Of a DNA stretch of 64,000 nucleotides, positions 24,701-36,571 are shown in pieces; positions within the stretch are counted from its first letter, which is position 1; each line of letters begins with the position of its first letter. Under the pieces are notes generated by a model. That model saw only the letters and a program-made list of their open reading frames with translations, did no database searches and had not been told where the DNA came from. The stretch covers positions 620,001 to 684,000 of the forward strand of contig MU061538.1 of the NCBI GenBank assembly GCA_013265495.1, in the 5' to 3' direction. Source of the stretch: Vicugna vicugna. Its lineage: Eukaryota. The position numbers and the translations under genes were made by a program.

Positions 24701-27700
24701 TGGTGGGGGGACGCATGGGGTCTGGGGAAGACTGTCTCCACTCCACGCAGTGGCAGTGACAGCGTGCATGCCGAGAGTCCATGGGCGTCGGAAAAAAAAA
24801 GAAAAAAAAAAGCACGTTTCTGTACATTAAGCAGGTCCTGGGAGGACCTCTGCCAGGCAAGCCTTTGATAGCGTTTTCTCTGAGTTCTCTTTCTACAGGA
24901 ATATTCAAATGCTGCCTTGTGAAAATATGTATTGTTTTCAATGAAGCATCAGTTAGAATAAATCCCTGTGCTGGATGCCTTCGGGGGCAGAATCAGCAAC
25001 CAGAAGCGCTTCAAGGAGGCGACAGTGTGAAGAAGAAAGGCATGCGAGCAAGACGAGGATGACACCAGCCGGAAACGGGTGCCTCACAAGAGACGCGGGG
25101 AGGGCGGAAGACGCTTCCAGCCTGGAGGGACCGCGCTTTGTAGAGACAGTGGCCTGGGCGTCTCCCCGGTGGCTCAGCTTCCCTGTAATCAGGTCTCAGC
25201 GGGGCTTCGAAAGAGCTTTGTTTACTAAACACTTAGTCCTCAAAAAAGTTTCGAAGGAAGAGACCCTATAGTTTCTCTCCATCTGCTTTAATTAGCTCCA
25301 CTGGTTAGAAATCAAGGCACAATTTTATAAGTTTTTTGAGACTGAGGGCTGTTCATCAAATGACGTGTTATTGACAGTTTGCATAATCCAGATCTGAGCG
25401 TCCTCCTGGTGCGGCATGTGCCCCCGCACAGAATCAAGGAGGAACGTGGTTTTTACGGGGCTGTCTTGTCGATGCTGGGAGGATGCTGGGCTGAGCAGGT
25501 GCTCCTGCCGGCGGGGGAGGCTCGGCGATACCTAGTGCAGATGCATGGTGCACAGCGCGCAGAGAGGAGGTCAAAGGGCAGATTTTTCTTGTCTTGCCAT
25601 AAAATATGGGTTTTATTTCCCAGTATGTATCTCCTGTCACTGGGGCCAACTGTCTGAACAACGGAGTGTTAACGTCCCCCTTGCTTGGCTGATGACCGTG
25701 ACCGGGGTCCCAGGCTGCGTGGCGTCAGCTGTGCTGTCCTCGTGGCTTCTTCTCGATGTCACCCCTGAGGGGCTCGGCCCAGGCGGGCTCACAGAGGTGG
25801 TTGTAGCCGCATGTCTCACGGTCACCGAGGATGGCTGGGCTGGCTGCTCCTGCTCCCCTAGCCGCCAGCGGGGAGGTGGGGGCACCGTCACGGGGAAGGC
25901 TCCCACCACTCCCGCCCCCACGTGCTGGGCAGCAACAGGCCGCCAGGTGGGCTCCCCAGGCGGGCTGGCGTGTCCGCGGGGTAGCTCACAGAAGGGCCCG
26001 AGAGTGCCCATCCTGCTCCGGACGAGCACCAAGGATTGATGCTCGCGAGCCAGCGCCCAGGCTCATTTCTGCCCGACTGGCGCTTTGTCCACCCTGGGGT
26101 GGCGGCTCTGCTTCCTGTGCGGGGAAGTCCCCTGTTTACGCCTCACAGGATGATTTCGGCCAGGCCACCTCTCGCCACCCCCACCATGGCCTCTGATCTC
26201 CTGACTCATGCCTGGTGCTCAGTAACTGTGCCCGGTGAACCGGCAGGGACCACGCATGCTGTGTCCTCTGACACGGAACCAAACGGAAGGTGCTGGAAAT
26301 CACCACTGCTGGAGTTCTGTAATCACAGAGTTCTGCTCTGTAATTCAGCCAACTGCTTACTCCAGTGGACTCCAGCAAGGTCAGGTGGGGACTCTGGGGG
26401 CTCTTTGCTTCCTAGAAGAGGAGGATTTCAGTTTCTCAAAGACTTGGCTTGAAAACAGCACCTTCCTGGTGTCGGAGGACCCTGCCAAAACCAAGCCTGG
26501 GAAGACGCGAGAGTGGGACGTCCCCTCTTCAGAAAGGGCGCCGCCTGACCTGGAGTCTCTGCTGGCGTCCGGCGGCCCCGCGGAAACGCACAGAGCGCCG
26601 CTGGTGTGTCCTGAGGGTCGGCTGCTCAGGCAGCGAGGCCGGAGGTGGGAAGAGGCGGGGAAGGCGGTGGTTTTCCCGCACGGATCCAAGGCCCCGCGGG
26701 CAGAGCCGGGCGCAGCCATGTGATGCCAGTGCCCGAGTGGGCTGGGATTTGTTTGGGTTAGTAAACCCTCTTCTCTGCTTTCACACGGGGACCTAAAGAG
26801 AGATATCATCCCCCAGAGTGCCTTAAGGCGTTTGTTTAAACCAAGCTTCCTTCGGGCTGAGTCTCCCCGAGACCTTCAGAGAGCCAGCCGGGTCCCTGAG
26901 CGGAAGGACCCTCCTCAGGTGAGGGGCTTCCGAAAGCCGTGCTTGGGTGGCCCAGGCAGGCTGTTCGACGATAGTTTGTGGTCTGGATCATTGTATTTTT
27001 ATTATGTTCATAAAAATCTGTGTTTCTCCTCATTTTTGTGATGGCTCCAGTGAGCGTCTCCTCCTTGTGAAGGCGCATTAAATTGTCATGTGCTGGAGGG
27101 ACCCGTTAGTGGGGCGGATCTGAGGGGCTGAAAAGCTCAAAATGGGGTCCCTGCTTCAAATTCCCGTCTGGCTGGGTTTGCGCTGAGGAGAAGGAGATGT
27201 GTGGCCTGAACATCATTCATGCTGACGTGGGCTTTCTTGTCGACACTTCGGCAAGTCCCACGCAATTGTGGTATAAATGAAACGCAGTGAGGTGCCTTCT
27301 GAATGTTGACTGTTCCTGGCACGGGGGAGTATAAATCAATATCAAAAGAGGAAGATACCGCGCACGTCTGATTTTTTTAAGTGTGATTTAAAAGGGGGAA
27401 CTTCGTAACAAGAACACGAAGAGAAAACGTTTTCTAGGTGAGATACGTGGATTTCTTTTAAATGAGACCTTCATTGGCTTGTTAAATCTGTATTTAGAAA
27501 GAAACAGACACTCCCTTGGGCTCAAAATTTACATCCAGATGCAGTTGCTTACAGATGTTTCTGCGAAGGTAATGCGACCCACCACGGGAGGAGCAGACCC
27601 CTCCTCACTGTGTAATTTAAAAAGCCAGCGAGCGCGTGGGCCGCAGGGTCGTGCTGAGTCGCGTTTGAAGACAAGCCGGTTCCGGGGCTTCGGGCCTTTG

Positions 27701-28331
27701 TCGTCCCCGCACGTTTTCAGGGGCCCGTTGCTTTCCTGTGTCCAGGAGCCGGCGCTGGTGTGGCCGTGACGAGGCACGTCAGGTTTGCGTGTGTTTGCAT
27801 CTGTTTGGGGAGAAGTAAATGAAACGCGGCTGGGGTGTCTCCCGCTCATGCCCTGGGGGAGGTCCTCTCAGAGCGCACTTCTGACAGGCCAGCAGCCTCA
27901 CTGCGCGAACGGTGGCCCTAGTCCCACGAAGTGACGACAGCACCTGAACAGTCAGCGTGTCCCGGCGTCCCGGCGTGTCCCTGCCGGGTCAGCCCGCCCG
28001 CCGTGGGCCGCGCGCACCCGCGCCCTGCCCCCTGCTCTGTGCTGTGTTCCGGAAAGCCCCCTTGGCAGGTGAGAAGTGGGGCGGGCAGGCGGCGGAGCAC
28101 AGCGCCGGGGAGCTTTGAGAGGCGCGGCAGGAGTTCCCGAGGTTCTTCAAGGCGTTTTATGGCCCGTGCAGAACACGGGGCCAGCAGACTCAGGAGGCAG
28201 GCGGGGCAGCAGGGTGAACCGCGGAATGGAAATGAGCTACATTCCTGGGAACGGGGTCGACCTGGACTCTGAGTGCACAGACTCCATGGGTGCAGGGCGC
28301 AGCCACTCACGCTGGCGTCCTCGGTCCACAG

Positions 28332-28451
28332 ATGGTGTGGGAGAGTGGCTGCGTGGTCATCGTCATGCTGACCCCCCTCTCGGAGAACGGCGTCAGGCAG
28401 TGCTACCACTACTGGCCGGATGAAGGCTCCAACCTCTACCACATCTACGAG
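28332..28451 (+). CDS. PTPRN2: PTPRN2 coding exon (exon 18 equivalent), 120 nt: [40 protein letters not shown]
   Basis: cacAG acceptor and GTaccg donor. 40 codons in frame with the previous exon. IVMLT and CYHYWP motifs. Confidence 0.98.
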
Positions 28452-29496
28452 GTACCGGCCCCAAAGGCGCCACGGGCCATGGGCCATGGCGGGTGCGGGT
28501 GGGCCTGCCCTGTGCAGATACTGGCTGCTGTCCCTTGAGGCCTCACCGGGCAGTCGGTGCCCACAGGAGGCATCCCCTCCCGCAGGCAGCAGACACCCAG
28601 ACCCTCCAGGCAGCTGTGCCCCAGGGGCTGGCAGAATGGCATGGGTTTCATTTTCAAGTTTTATGAATCTAAGTTCGGACAGAAAGGACCTCAAAAATGA
28701 CCTCACTGGGTGGTCAGCTGAGCCCAGTTCTGGATAACAGGCCTCCGGTGACCCTAAGTCTTGGTGGCTGGCCCCCGCACCGGGCCCTCGAGGGTCGCGG
28801 GCGTCTGTGTTCGTGACGCTTGGCCCTTTACTTGGGGGTCACCTGCTGGGAGCTTGTTTCTCCTCCTGGACTTTCTGTCCACGTCGAGAAGGGGCTAAAT
28901 AAACCCGGCAGTTAAGCCAGTGCCCAGCGCCTCCTTTAGCCGTGTCGGGCTCTGAAATTAGTCAGAACGCCCAAGACCCACAGCAGAAACCTGGCTGGAA
29001 GCGTAGAGTCCTCCCCGAGTCGGCTGGGGCTTTCGGGTCCCTGCCCTGAGCTGGGAGCTTGTCTATGGTGAAGTCTCAGAGCGAGTGGGGCCCCGCTGGG
29101 TGGAACCCATTGCTGTTTCTGGTCAGAAGTGTAATTTTTCTCTGATGATTTTTCTTGAAGGTTTAAATGGCTTAGAAAAGACCAACACTAAATAGTTTCG
29201 GATTGTACCACTTTTTTCAATTAATTTTTCAAATAATTGGGCCCTCCAGTGACAAAAAAATTTAGAAAAAATTTTAAAACATTTAAGAAAAAAATTTAAT
29301 AAAAAAAATTTTTTTTAATTAAGAAAAACAACCAGGCAGCGATGGTTTGTGCACAACGTGTCACAGCTGGGAAGGTGGGCGCCCGCCTGCCGCTGCGGTC
29401 ACGCCCACACCCCGCCCCCCTCCCCGCCCACTGGCTCCGTGGTGTTCGGGCTCCCGGCCAACGCCTGCCTCTGTCCCCGCCCCGCCCCTCCCCCAG

Positions 29497-29663
29497 GTGA
29501 ACCTGGTCTCCGAGCACATCTGGTGCGAGGACTTCCTGGTGAGGAGCTTCTACCTGAAGAACCTGCGGACCAGTGAGACGCGCACCGTGAGCCAGTTCCA
29601 CTTCCTGAGCTGGCACGACCAGGCCGTGCCGGCCTCCACGCGGTCCCTCCTGGACTTCCGCAG
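29497..29663 (+). CDS. PTPRN2: PTPRN2 coding exon (exon 19 equivalent), 167 nt: [55 protein letters not shown](R)
   Basis: cccAG acceptor and GTaaaa donor. 55 codons + 2 nt. QFHFLSW motif and WPD-equivalent loop. Confidence 0.98.
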
Positions 29664-31570
29664 GTAAAACCCGCAGCCCGCTGGCCAGGGAGGCGTCCGG
29701 AGCGTGGGCACCAGGGGAGGGAGGGCCGCTCAGCGCCAGGGCTGCCGTGTCTGCGGTGCCAACGGCTGTGAGACGTGCATGTTGTAGATGCATTTATGTT
29801 TTATGCGGCAGAAGGGAGGGGAGTTACATTTAGTCACATACTAGTTGCAAGGTGTCTTCTAGCCTTCGCGGGGTTACAGAGTGAGGGGGACAGAGATCTT
29901 GGATCCGTGGGCCTTCAAGTGGTGACGTCACAGGATGTTAGTCTGGATACTCATCTGCTTAGACACGGCGGTGAGTTAGGTGTAGGCCCAGATTCTGAAC
30001 TGGACGGTCTCGGATGAACGCCTGGCTGGAGTTAGCACGTGACCACGTAATTGCAGTGCAGTTTTGAAGCTGCCAGTTTAAAAACAGCCAGTCCTTCGTT
30101 CAAGCTCTAGTCAGCCGGTCGCCCATCAGGCCATGGTTTTAGAGTGTGTTGACTGAATAAATGCTAGGAGGATACTGACAACGCAAAAGGAAAAGCAGAG
30201 CGTAGGACAGAAGCTCTGCCTGCACGTCAGAGCTGGTGACGGCAGTCGGTGGGCGCTGGCTGTCGGTGGTGGTGGATGAACAAGCACCTGCCGAGAGAAC
30301 GAAGCCGGTGAACCGCAAACGGCATGTGGAGCAGGCGCCGAGCTTTCTAGAGCCTCTCTCGTTTATCTGGTTGGAGACCCACCTAGGACGGGGAACAGAT
30401 AAGTATTCAAACCAGGAATTCGAGAGTAAGGACAAAATGCACTTGAATCCCCTTAATTGCACGTGACCGTAAAGCGGTTTGTGTCTGAAGAGCCCGCAGT
30501 CCTGTAACCGGAGGGAGGCTGAACTGGCAGGAGTTGTCGGCAAGGTGGGGTTCCAGGCGTACCTGGGTTTCCTGAATTTGTGCCTCAGATTCTGAAAGTG
30601 ATTCTGATGCCACCTCTTTTGCCTGTTAGTCCACTTTTGAAAAGCAAAACAATTTTTTTTAATTTGAGTAGCTCTTTGTGTCAAATAGCATGGGAAAGAG
30701 CTCCAGCAGAGACGAGCGTTTGTCACCCCTGTGACACAGCGTCCCCTCCCCAGGGGCACCGCACGGAGACCTGGACGCACCTGGAACAGGTCCTCCCTCA
30801 TCCGTCCTGGTAGCCTGGCCATTATTTACGTTTTCTTAGTGCAAGTGTACTGCTAAAGACCTTACCTCGTCCACATCTCCCGAGATGGAGTCTTCAAACC
30901 ACAGTCATTGCTGGCAAAGAGGGCGTAGCTGCCGGGCCGCGGCTTCCCCGTTCTCTTGGTCTTCACGCCCCGCTGGCGTGTCTGTACATGTGTGCGTGTG
31001 GGCGGGTCTGTCTCCACATCCCCACAGGGACGTGCACAACACAGAACCAGCCTCTGTGCTCGCAGTTCACCATGAAGAAACGTCGAATTCCCAAACCCCT
31101 CTGTGCAGAGTCCCAGGGGACAGGGCCCCAGAAGGCTGTGTCAGCTGAAAGGACGGTGAGCCCAGACAGGGCTGGGGCGTCCGTTAGAGCCAGCGCCTCC
31201 TGCCCTCACGTGGCGGCGAGGCCGTTCCCGCGGGCCCCGGACCCTGGGACAGCGCGTTCTCAGGGCCCGTGACGCTTACACACGGATTGCTGCTTTGGGA
31301 TCTCCTCTGTACAACAGCGCCCAGGTGTCCGGAACCGGGAGGCGCGGCTGCCCCCGCGGAAGACGCTGGTCATTTCCACGCGACAGGGCTGCTCAGCCTC
31401 CTTGGAGCAGTAGACCAGCAGCCCCTGCTCCGGCTTGTGTGTTCCTCAGACACCGAGATGTGTAATTAAATCTTCCTGGCGCCCAGAGGGAGCACATTTA
31501 CACTTTAAAGAGAAGCTGCTAAGCTAAGAGATAATTAGCATCACATGTTGAGGTCTTTGCTGCAGAAGAG

Positions 31571-31610
31571 CTCCCTCTCTCTCTCTCCCTCTTTCTCTCT
31601 CTCTCTCTCC
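31571..31610. repeat. Interrupted (CT)n microsatellite
   Basis: ctccctctctctctctccctctttctctctctctctctcc. Confidence 0.9.
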
Positions 31611-31679
31611 ATCCTCTGTGCTGCTCATGTCCGCTGTGCGCAGTGACACCACTAACGCTGCTCACTGTAAGAGTGGACA

Positions 31680-31811
31680 NNNNNNNNNNNNNNNNNNNNN
31701 NNNNNNNNNNNNNNNNNNNNNNNNNNNNNNNNNNNNNNNNNNNNNNNNNNNNNNNNNNNNNNNNNNNNNNNNNNNNNNNNNNNNNNNNNNNNNNNNNNNN
31801 NNNNNNNNNNN
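31680..31811. other. Assembly gap (132 N)
   Basis: Run of N. Confidence 0.99.
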
Positions 31812-34566
31812 GGAAGCCCCTTTCTGAGCCTCTAACGACCTCTGAGCCCTGCTTGCGGTTGGTTGCACGGCGGTTCCTTCTCACTCAGTGCCCGGCGGGT
31901 CGGTTTGTATCACTAACCGTTCTTTCTCAGTGCGTTCCTCCTGTGGAGTGTATACGGCATCCGTGTCCTCGGTGTCCACGGCCTTTTGCTTCCTGTTGAT
32001 TTGTTCTAGAAAAAGTAAAATAAGACTCATCTTCACCAATCGTGTGCACCACTCCCTCGGGTCAACCAGATGGACGCCTCTGCTGACTCTGCGGTGCCCC
32101 TGCCCCCTGACCTGGTGCTCTGTGCTGTGATGATGCGAGTGCTTGGCCCTCTGTGAATAAACTTCTCCACCGCAGCAGCACACATGTCTTCACTGCGCGT
32201 CTCCTCGACTGCCTGGGGCTGCTTGTAAATAGGGTTAGCACAGGGCGGGGCCGGCTTGGACACTGACATTACAGTGAAACCTTCCTTGGTCCTGCCCAGG
32301 CACAGCCCTGCTGGAGACAGTCATGTTTTAGACGTGCCGTAGAGACAGGAATTGCAGGACTGAGAGGCAAGGCACAGCCAAGGCAGCCAGCAGGTCGCCT
32401 GTTAGCAGCACGTCTCAGCCAAGGAGGTTATTCTTGCTGCATTTTGTCAAAGCAGGGCCTGGCCGGTGTAGATGGAGCACTTCTGCCTGCCGACTCCTTC
32501 CATTCTTGTTTCCTGAAAGCAGGACCATTTAAAGAAGGGTCTCTGGTTGGTATGTTTATTCTTTTTTAACATACCTTTTCTGTGCTCGGCCCCATCAAAA
32601 AAAAAAAAAAAGAGAGAGCAAAACTTAGCAATTGACCAAAAGTCGAGTTCAGTCTTTAGAAACGCAGGCCAGACCATCAGGCCGGGAGCACCGACATGCC
32701 GAATTTGCGGAGCCGAGGCGGCCCCCACTGCAAAGACTCAGCGACTGAGAGCTTCCCCGGCAGCACACGGCTGGGAGGTGCGGAGCCGCCAGCTCTGGCC
32801 TGACGGGTGAGCTCACGCAGCCCTAGTGCACGCACGCGCGCCTGTGCACCTGCCGGGACACAGCGCACGTCTGCACACTTGCATGCGCACGGCCTTCACT
32901 GAGCTGGCGGGCGCCCCGCCGCGCACATGGGAGGCTCGTCCTCTGGCCTGGCACCTATTTGTCGGAACTGAAGCTCACGTTGCCTTGACAACCCGAGTCG
33001 AGAACAGGAGATTTGAGGAGGAGGAGCAAGCGGGTCTATTTTCCAATCTGTTTCATCCTCAAAGGGCCGGGAAGGCTGAGGGCATTCAGGCACTGACGTG
33101 CCTTCGACTTTAATAAGCCCACCTTCCTCTGCTCACCTCCCCTGAACCTTAATATCGGGGTGCACGTCAAAAACAAGGCCAGGCTCCGGCAGGAACGGCG
33201 ACGTGGCCTCGGGGGCCTGTGCTGCCCGTGTTCTGGGTGCTCACCCCCCAGCTCTTCGAGGCCCACAGCTTCCATGTTGGGTTTAGACCCGGGGCATACA
33301 GGGCTTGTGCTGCCCTGCTGGGCCTGGGTGGGGCGCTCCTCAGGTGCCTCCCGCCACCCACCTTGTGCTGCTCAGGGGGACGGGGGCTCCCCGCAGCGGG
33401 ACCTCATTCTGTTCGCTCCACAGCAGAAGCAGGAAAGCAGAACAACCCCGTCGCCGGGCTCCACACCGGCCACACCCCCTCTGCTCGCCAGTCAGCTCCT
33501 GCTCCGCCTCCCCGCCCCGCCTCCTTTTCCCCTCGGCTTTTAGGCATTTGTAGCAGAAAAGCTGGCCAGCTGGACTTTCACTATCAACGGACTGTTCTGT
33601 GCTGAGCAGGCGAGCCTCTGCAGAGAGCTGTGGCCGTCCCGCTTCCGGCTGGGGACGGAGTCCTCTGCTCTGTCGCTCTATTCCAAATTTTGCTTCACGT
33701 CATTTTGTGGAAATTCATACCACACATTTTAGGGCACACCCTTCATGCATTTTCCCTTCCAATTAACCAAAATTCTGTCTTTGATTTTCTTTATTTAGAA
33801 ATACTTCACTGTGAATTTTGATACACTTTGTAAACCTGTTTATTTGTTTCACTGAATGACCAAAAATGTCAAGCTTATACAGTGAATTTTAAATCGGCGC
33901 TGCTTTGATTGAGGACTCGGTTACAGAACCTTCCTCTATGCTGATTGTTTGTTTTCATAAACTCTGATCTAAAGTCTGCACCACAGAGTTGCTTTTGAAC
34001 ATAATCAAATTCATGAAAATAGAAAGACTCGTCTTGGGTGTAACTGCGGTCTCTCTGTGATTTAGATATCCTTGCAAAACTGACCGACCAAAAAGTGTCT
34101 GTGAGATGCTTTGCGAGATACCAAGGTGATATTACGTTCCAGGGTGCTGCCCAGTCTGTAAAAAATCTGGAGCAGAAATGGCAAAACCAGAACTTTCAGT
34201 GAGGCATCTAGACGTTTTGCAGCAGCAGCAAGGACGCCACATGAGCTGAAGCAGCAAGGGGCGTGGGGGAGGGCAGGGCAGGGCCAGCCAGGCTGGGGGG
34301 GGGGCCACGGACCTCAGGCCAGAGCTCACACCTGTAAAGGGAGAAGGAACACTGTGAAAATGTGAGGAATGTTTCAAAGGTCTGTTGAACGACTTAACCT
34401 TGAAAAGAAAAATAAACCTTTGAAAACGCGTGTGTAATTCTGATTTCCTTTGTCAAAACGGGCTGTGGCAAAAGGACGTCCCGGAGCTGTTCTGTTTGTT
34501 CTTTGGGGTGGTGGCCACAAGAGGCAGAGTGCATAACTGTAACTTCTCTGTCTCTCTTTATTTCAG

Positions 34567-34620
34567 AAAAGTAAACAAGTGCTACAGGGGCCGTTCTTGT
34601 CCAATAATTGTCCACTGCAG
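34567..34620 (+). CDS. PTPRN2: PTPRN2 coding exon (exon 20 equivalent), 54 nt: (R)KVNKCYRGRSCPIIVHC(S), ending at a non-canonical GC donor
   Basis: tttcAG acceptor. 1 + 51 + 2 nt. The donor must be CAG|GCAAGT at 34621 to keep frame with the next exon. Confidence 0.96.
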
Positions 34621-35177
34621 GCAAGTACAACTTTTAACCTGGTTTCAGAAGTGTTCGCTACCTCAGAACAAACACGGTTAAATCTAGGAGCTGAGCTCCC
34701 TTGTTGCGTAGTGCCCACCTCTGACTGCACCTCTAGGGGAAGCCAGGGACACAAACTCATTCAAACCAGGTTTCGAACCCTCACAGCACCACCACACACA
34801 CTCTGAGACGGAGTGTTTGTGCAGGGCGGGGTCTCGGCACCAGCGACGTGGCCAGCATTCGGGACCCCATGTGGATGCTCAGCTGGGGCCCGTCATGAGC
34901 AGGGACACAGCCTGGGGTCACAAGGAGAGTCCTCTGGGTGAAAGTCAGCGGCTCATGCACTCACACGGGTTACTCCCAACCTGGAAGAACTGATCCAGTC
35001 AAAGAAAACTCGTGCTGAGGGCCGCGCCCCTGGGCTCCACACTCGCCCGTCTCGGGGAAGACCTGTGCGCCATCGTCTAGACCTGCCTCCCAGAATATTC
35101 CTTTCAGCCTGGGATAAAAAGGAACTAGATCTCCCAAGGCCAGACACCAAGTCCATCCATTCAGTCAGGAAGTGCAC

Positions 35178-35250
35178 ACGTGTGCCTGTGAGTGTGTGTC
35201 TGCTTGTGTGGGTGTGTCTGAGTCTGTGTGTGCGTGTGTGTGTTTCCGTG
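35178..35250. repeat. Degenerate (TG)n tract
   Basis: gtgtgcctgtgagtgtgtgtctgcttgtgtgggtgtgtctgagtctgtgtgtgcgtgtgtgtgt. Confidence 0.8.
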
Positions 35251-36293
35251 TCGGTCTGTGACAGCAGAGGATGGTCCCCCTGGAAAGAGTGGACTAAAGC
35301 ATCTTTCACCCGTAAACGGAGCCCAGCCGGGAGCAGGGAGGCAGCGGTCTCCGCAGTGGATCTGGGGAGAGTCGTGCTTTGTGAGTTAACAAGCACAGAA
35401 GAAAAGCGAGGAAGCCCTTGACACCAGGAGCGAGACCGCAGGCACTTGTGACAGCGGCGAGGGCCGGCCTGGCTGCAGCCCCACCTCCACAGCACACAGG
35501 TGGAATGAGTCTCTTTCCAACCACAGCTTTTCCAACCATTTGTTTGAGAAATGTGTTGAGGCCAAACTCAGCGGCCCTTCTGGAGAAAGTCAGCCTGCAG
35601 GCGCGCCGACAGGGACGGGTCCTCGGGCCTCCAGATCGGAAGCTCAGAGCACACTCGTGCGGTCACAGGGCTCCCGGCGTCCTGAAAGGGAACTCTCATT
35701 TTCTCCTGAAGTCGGAGGATTTTGCCAAGGGTACAAATGTCAGCGTCCTGCACTTCCAAGCGCTCGTGGGCACGAGCCCAGCCCTGCTTGACAAGGGGCG
35801 GCCGAGTGACGAAACGTGCGCGGAAACGGCGCTGGGGCCACCTTCCTCCCGGAAGAGGACTCTTCCTTTCTCGCATTTGTGATTCTTGAGCCACAATTAA
35901 GAACACGTTTACAACTCTGGTCCAGATGGTAAATATCCAGTTATAACCAGGGGACAAGAAGACGTGCACCAGACAACGTGTCGGCCCCGCTCCTGAGTGG
36001 GGGCCGGGTGCCCCCCAGGGTCCTGGATCCCGACCCCGGCCGTTCACTCTCCCCTGGCACACATGGCCTCTTGCAGATGCTCGGAACACAAATGCCTCAC
36101 CTCTGACACAGCCGGGCATTTCTTTATTTCGTTTTTTTTCCTGATAAAATTTGCCATGTCAAAATTGGCCGAAGGGGGAGGGAAAAAAGGCAGAAAGAAA
36201 CAAATCAGCACAGGCACAATAGCTAATCCGCACTGCTGTTAGCTTAGGGCTGAAAGCTCTCCCAGCCCCCTCCTCCCCCTCCTCCCGCTCTTC

Positions 36294-36370
36294 NNNNNNN
36301 NNNNNNNNNNNNNNNNNNNNNNNNNNNNNNNNNNNNNNNNNNNNNNNNNNNNNNNNNNNNNNNNNNNNNN
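36294..36370. other. Assembly gap (77 N) within a CCTCC-rich polypyrimidine tract
   Basis: Run of N flanked by low-complexity C/T sequence. Confidence 0.99.
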
Positions 36371-36571
36371 CCTCCCCATCTCTGTTCCCATCCTCCTCCC
36401 CCCTCCTACCCTGATTCTTCCTCGTCCCACTTTCTGTTTCTCAAATTCCCCGCCTCCATCTGCCTCCTCTCATGGGCCCCACTCTAGCAGAGGGAAGACG
36501 CTGTGGTTGGCGTGTGGGGAGTGGGGACAGCGTGGCCCAGTGTGTCTTCACCTCTCTCCTTCTGTTGACAG

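Noticed and set aside
27030-27043. 14-nt identity (TCATTTTTGTGATG) to the recalled miR-153 5p arm
   Set aside because: There is no complementary 3p arm (TTGCATAGTCACAAAAGTGA) downstream, so no hairpin, and it is in the wrong intron. Treated as coincidence.
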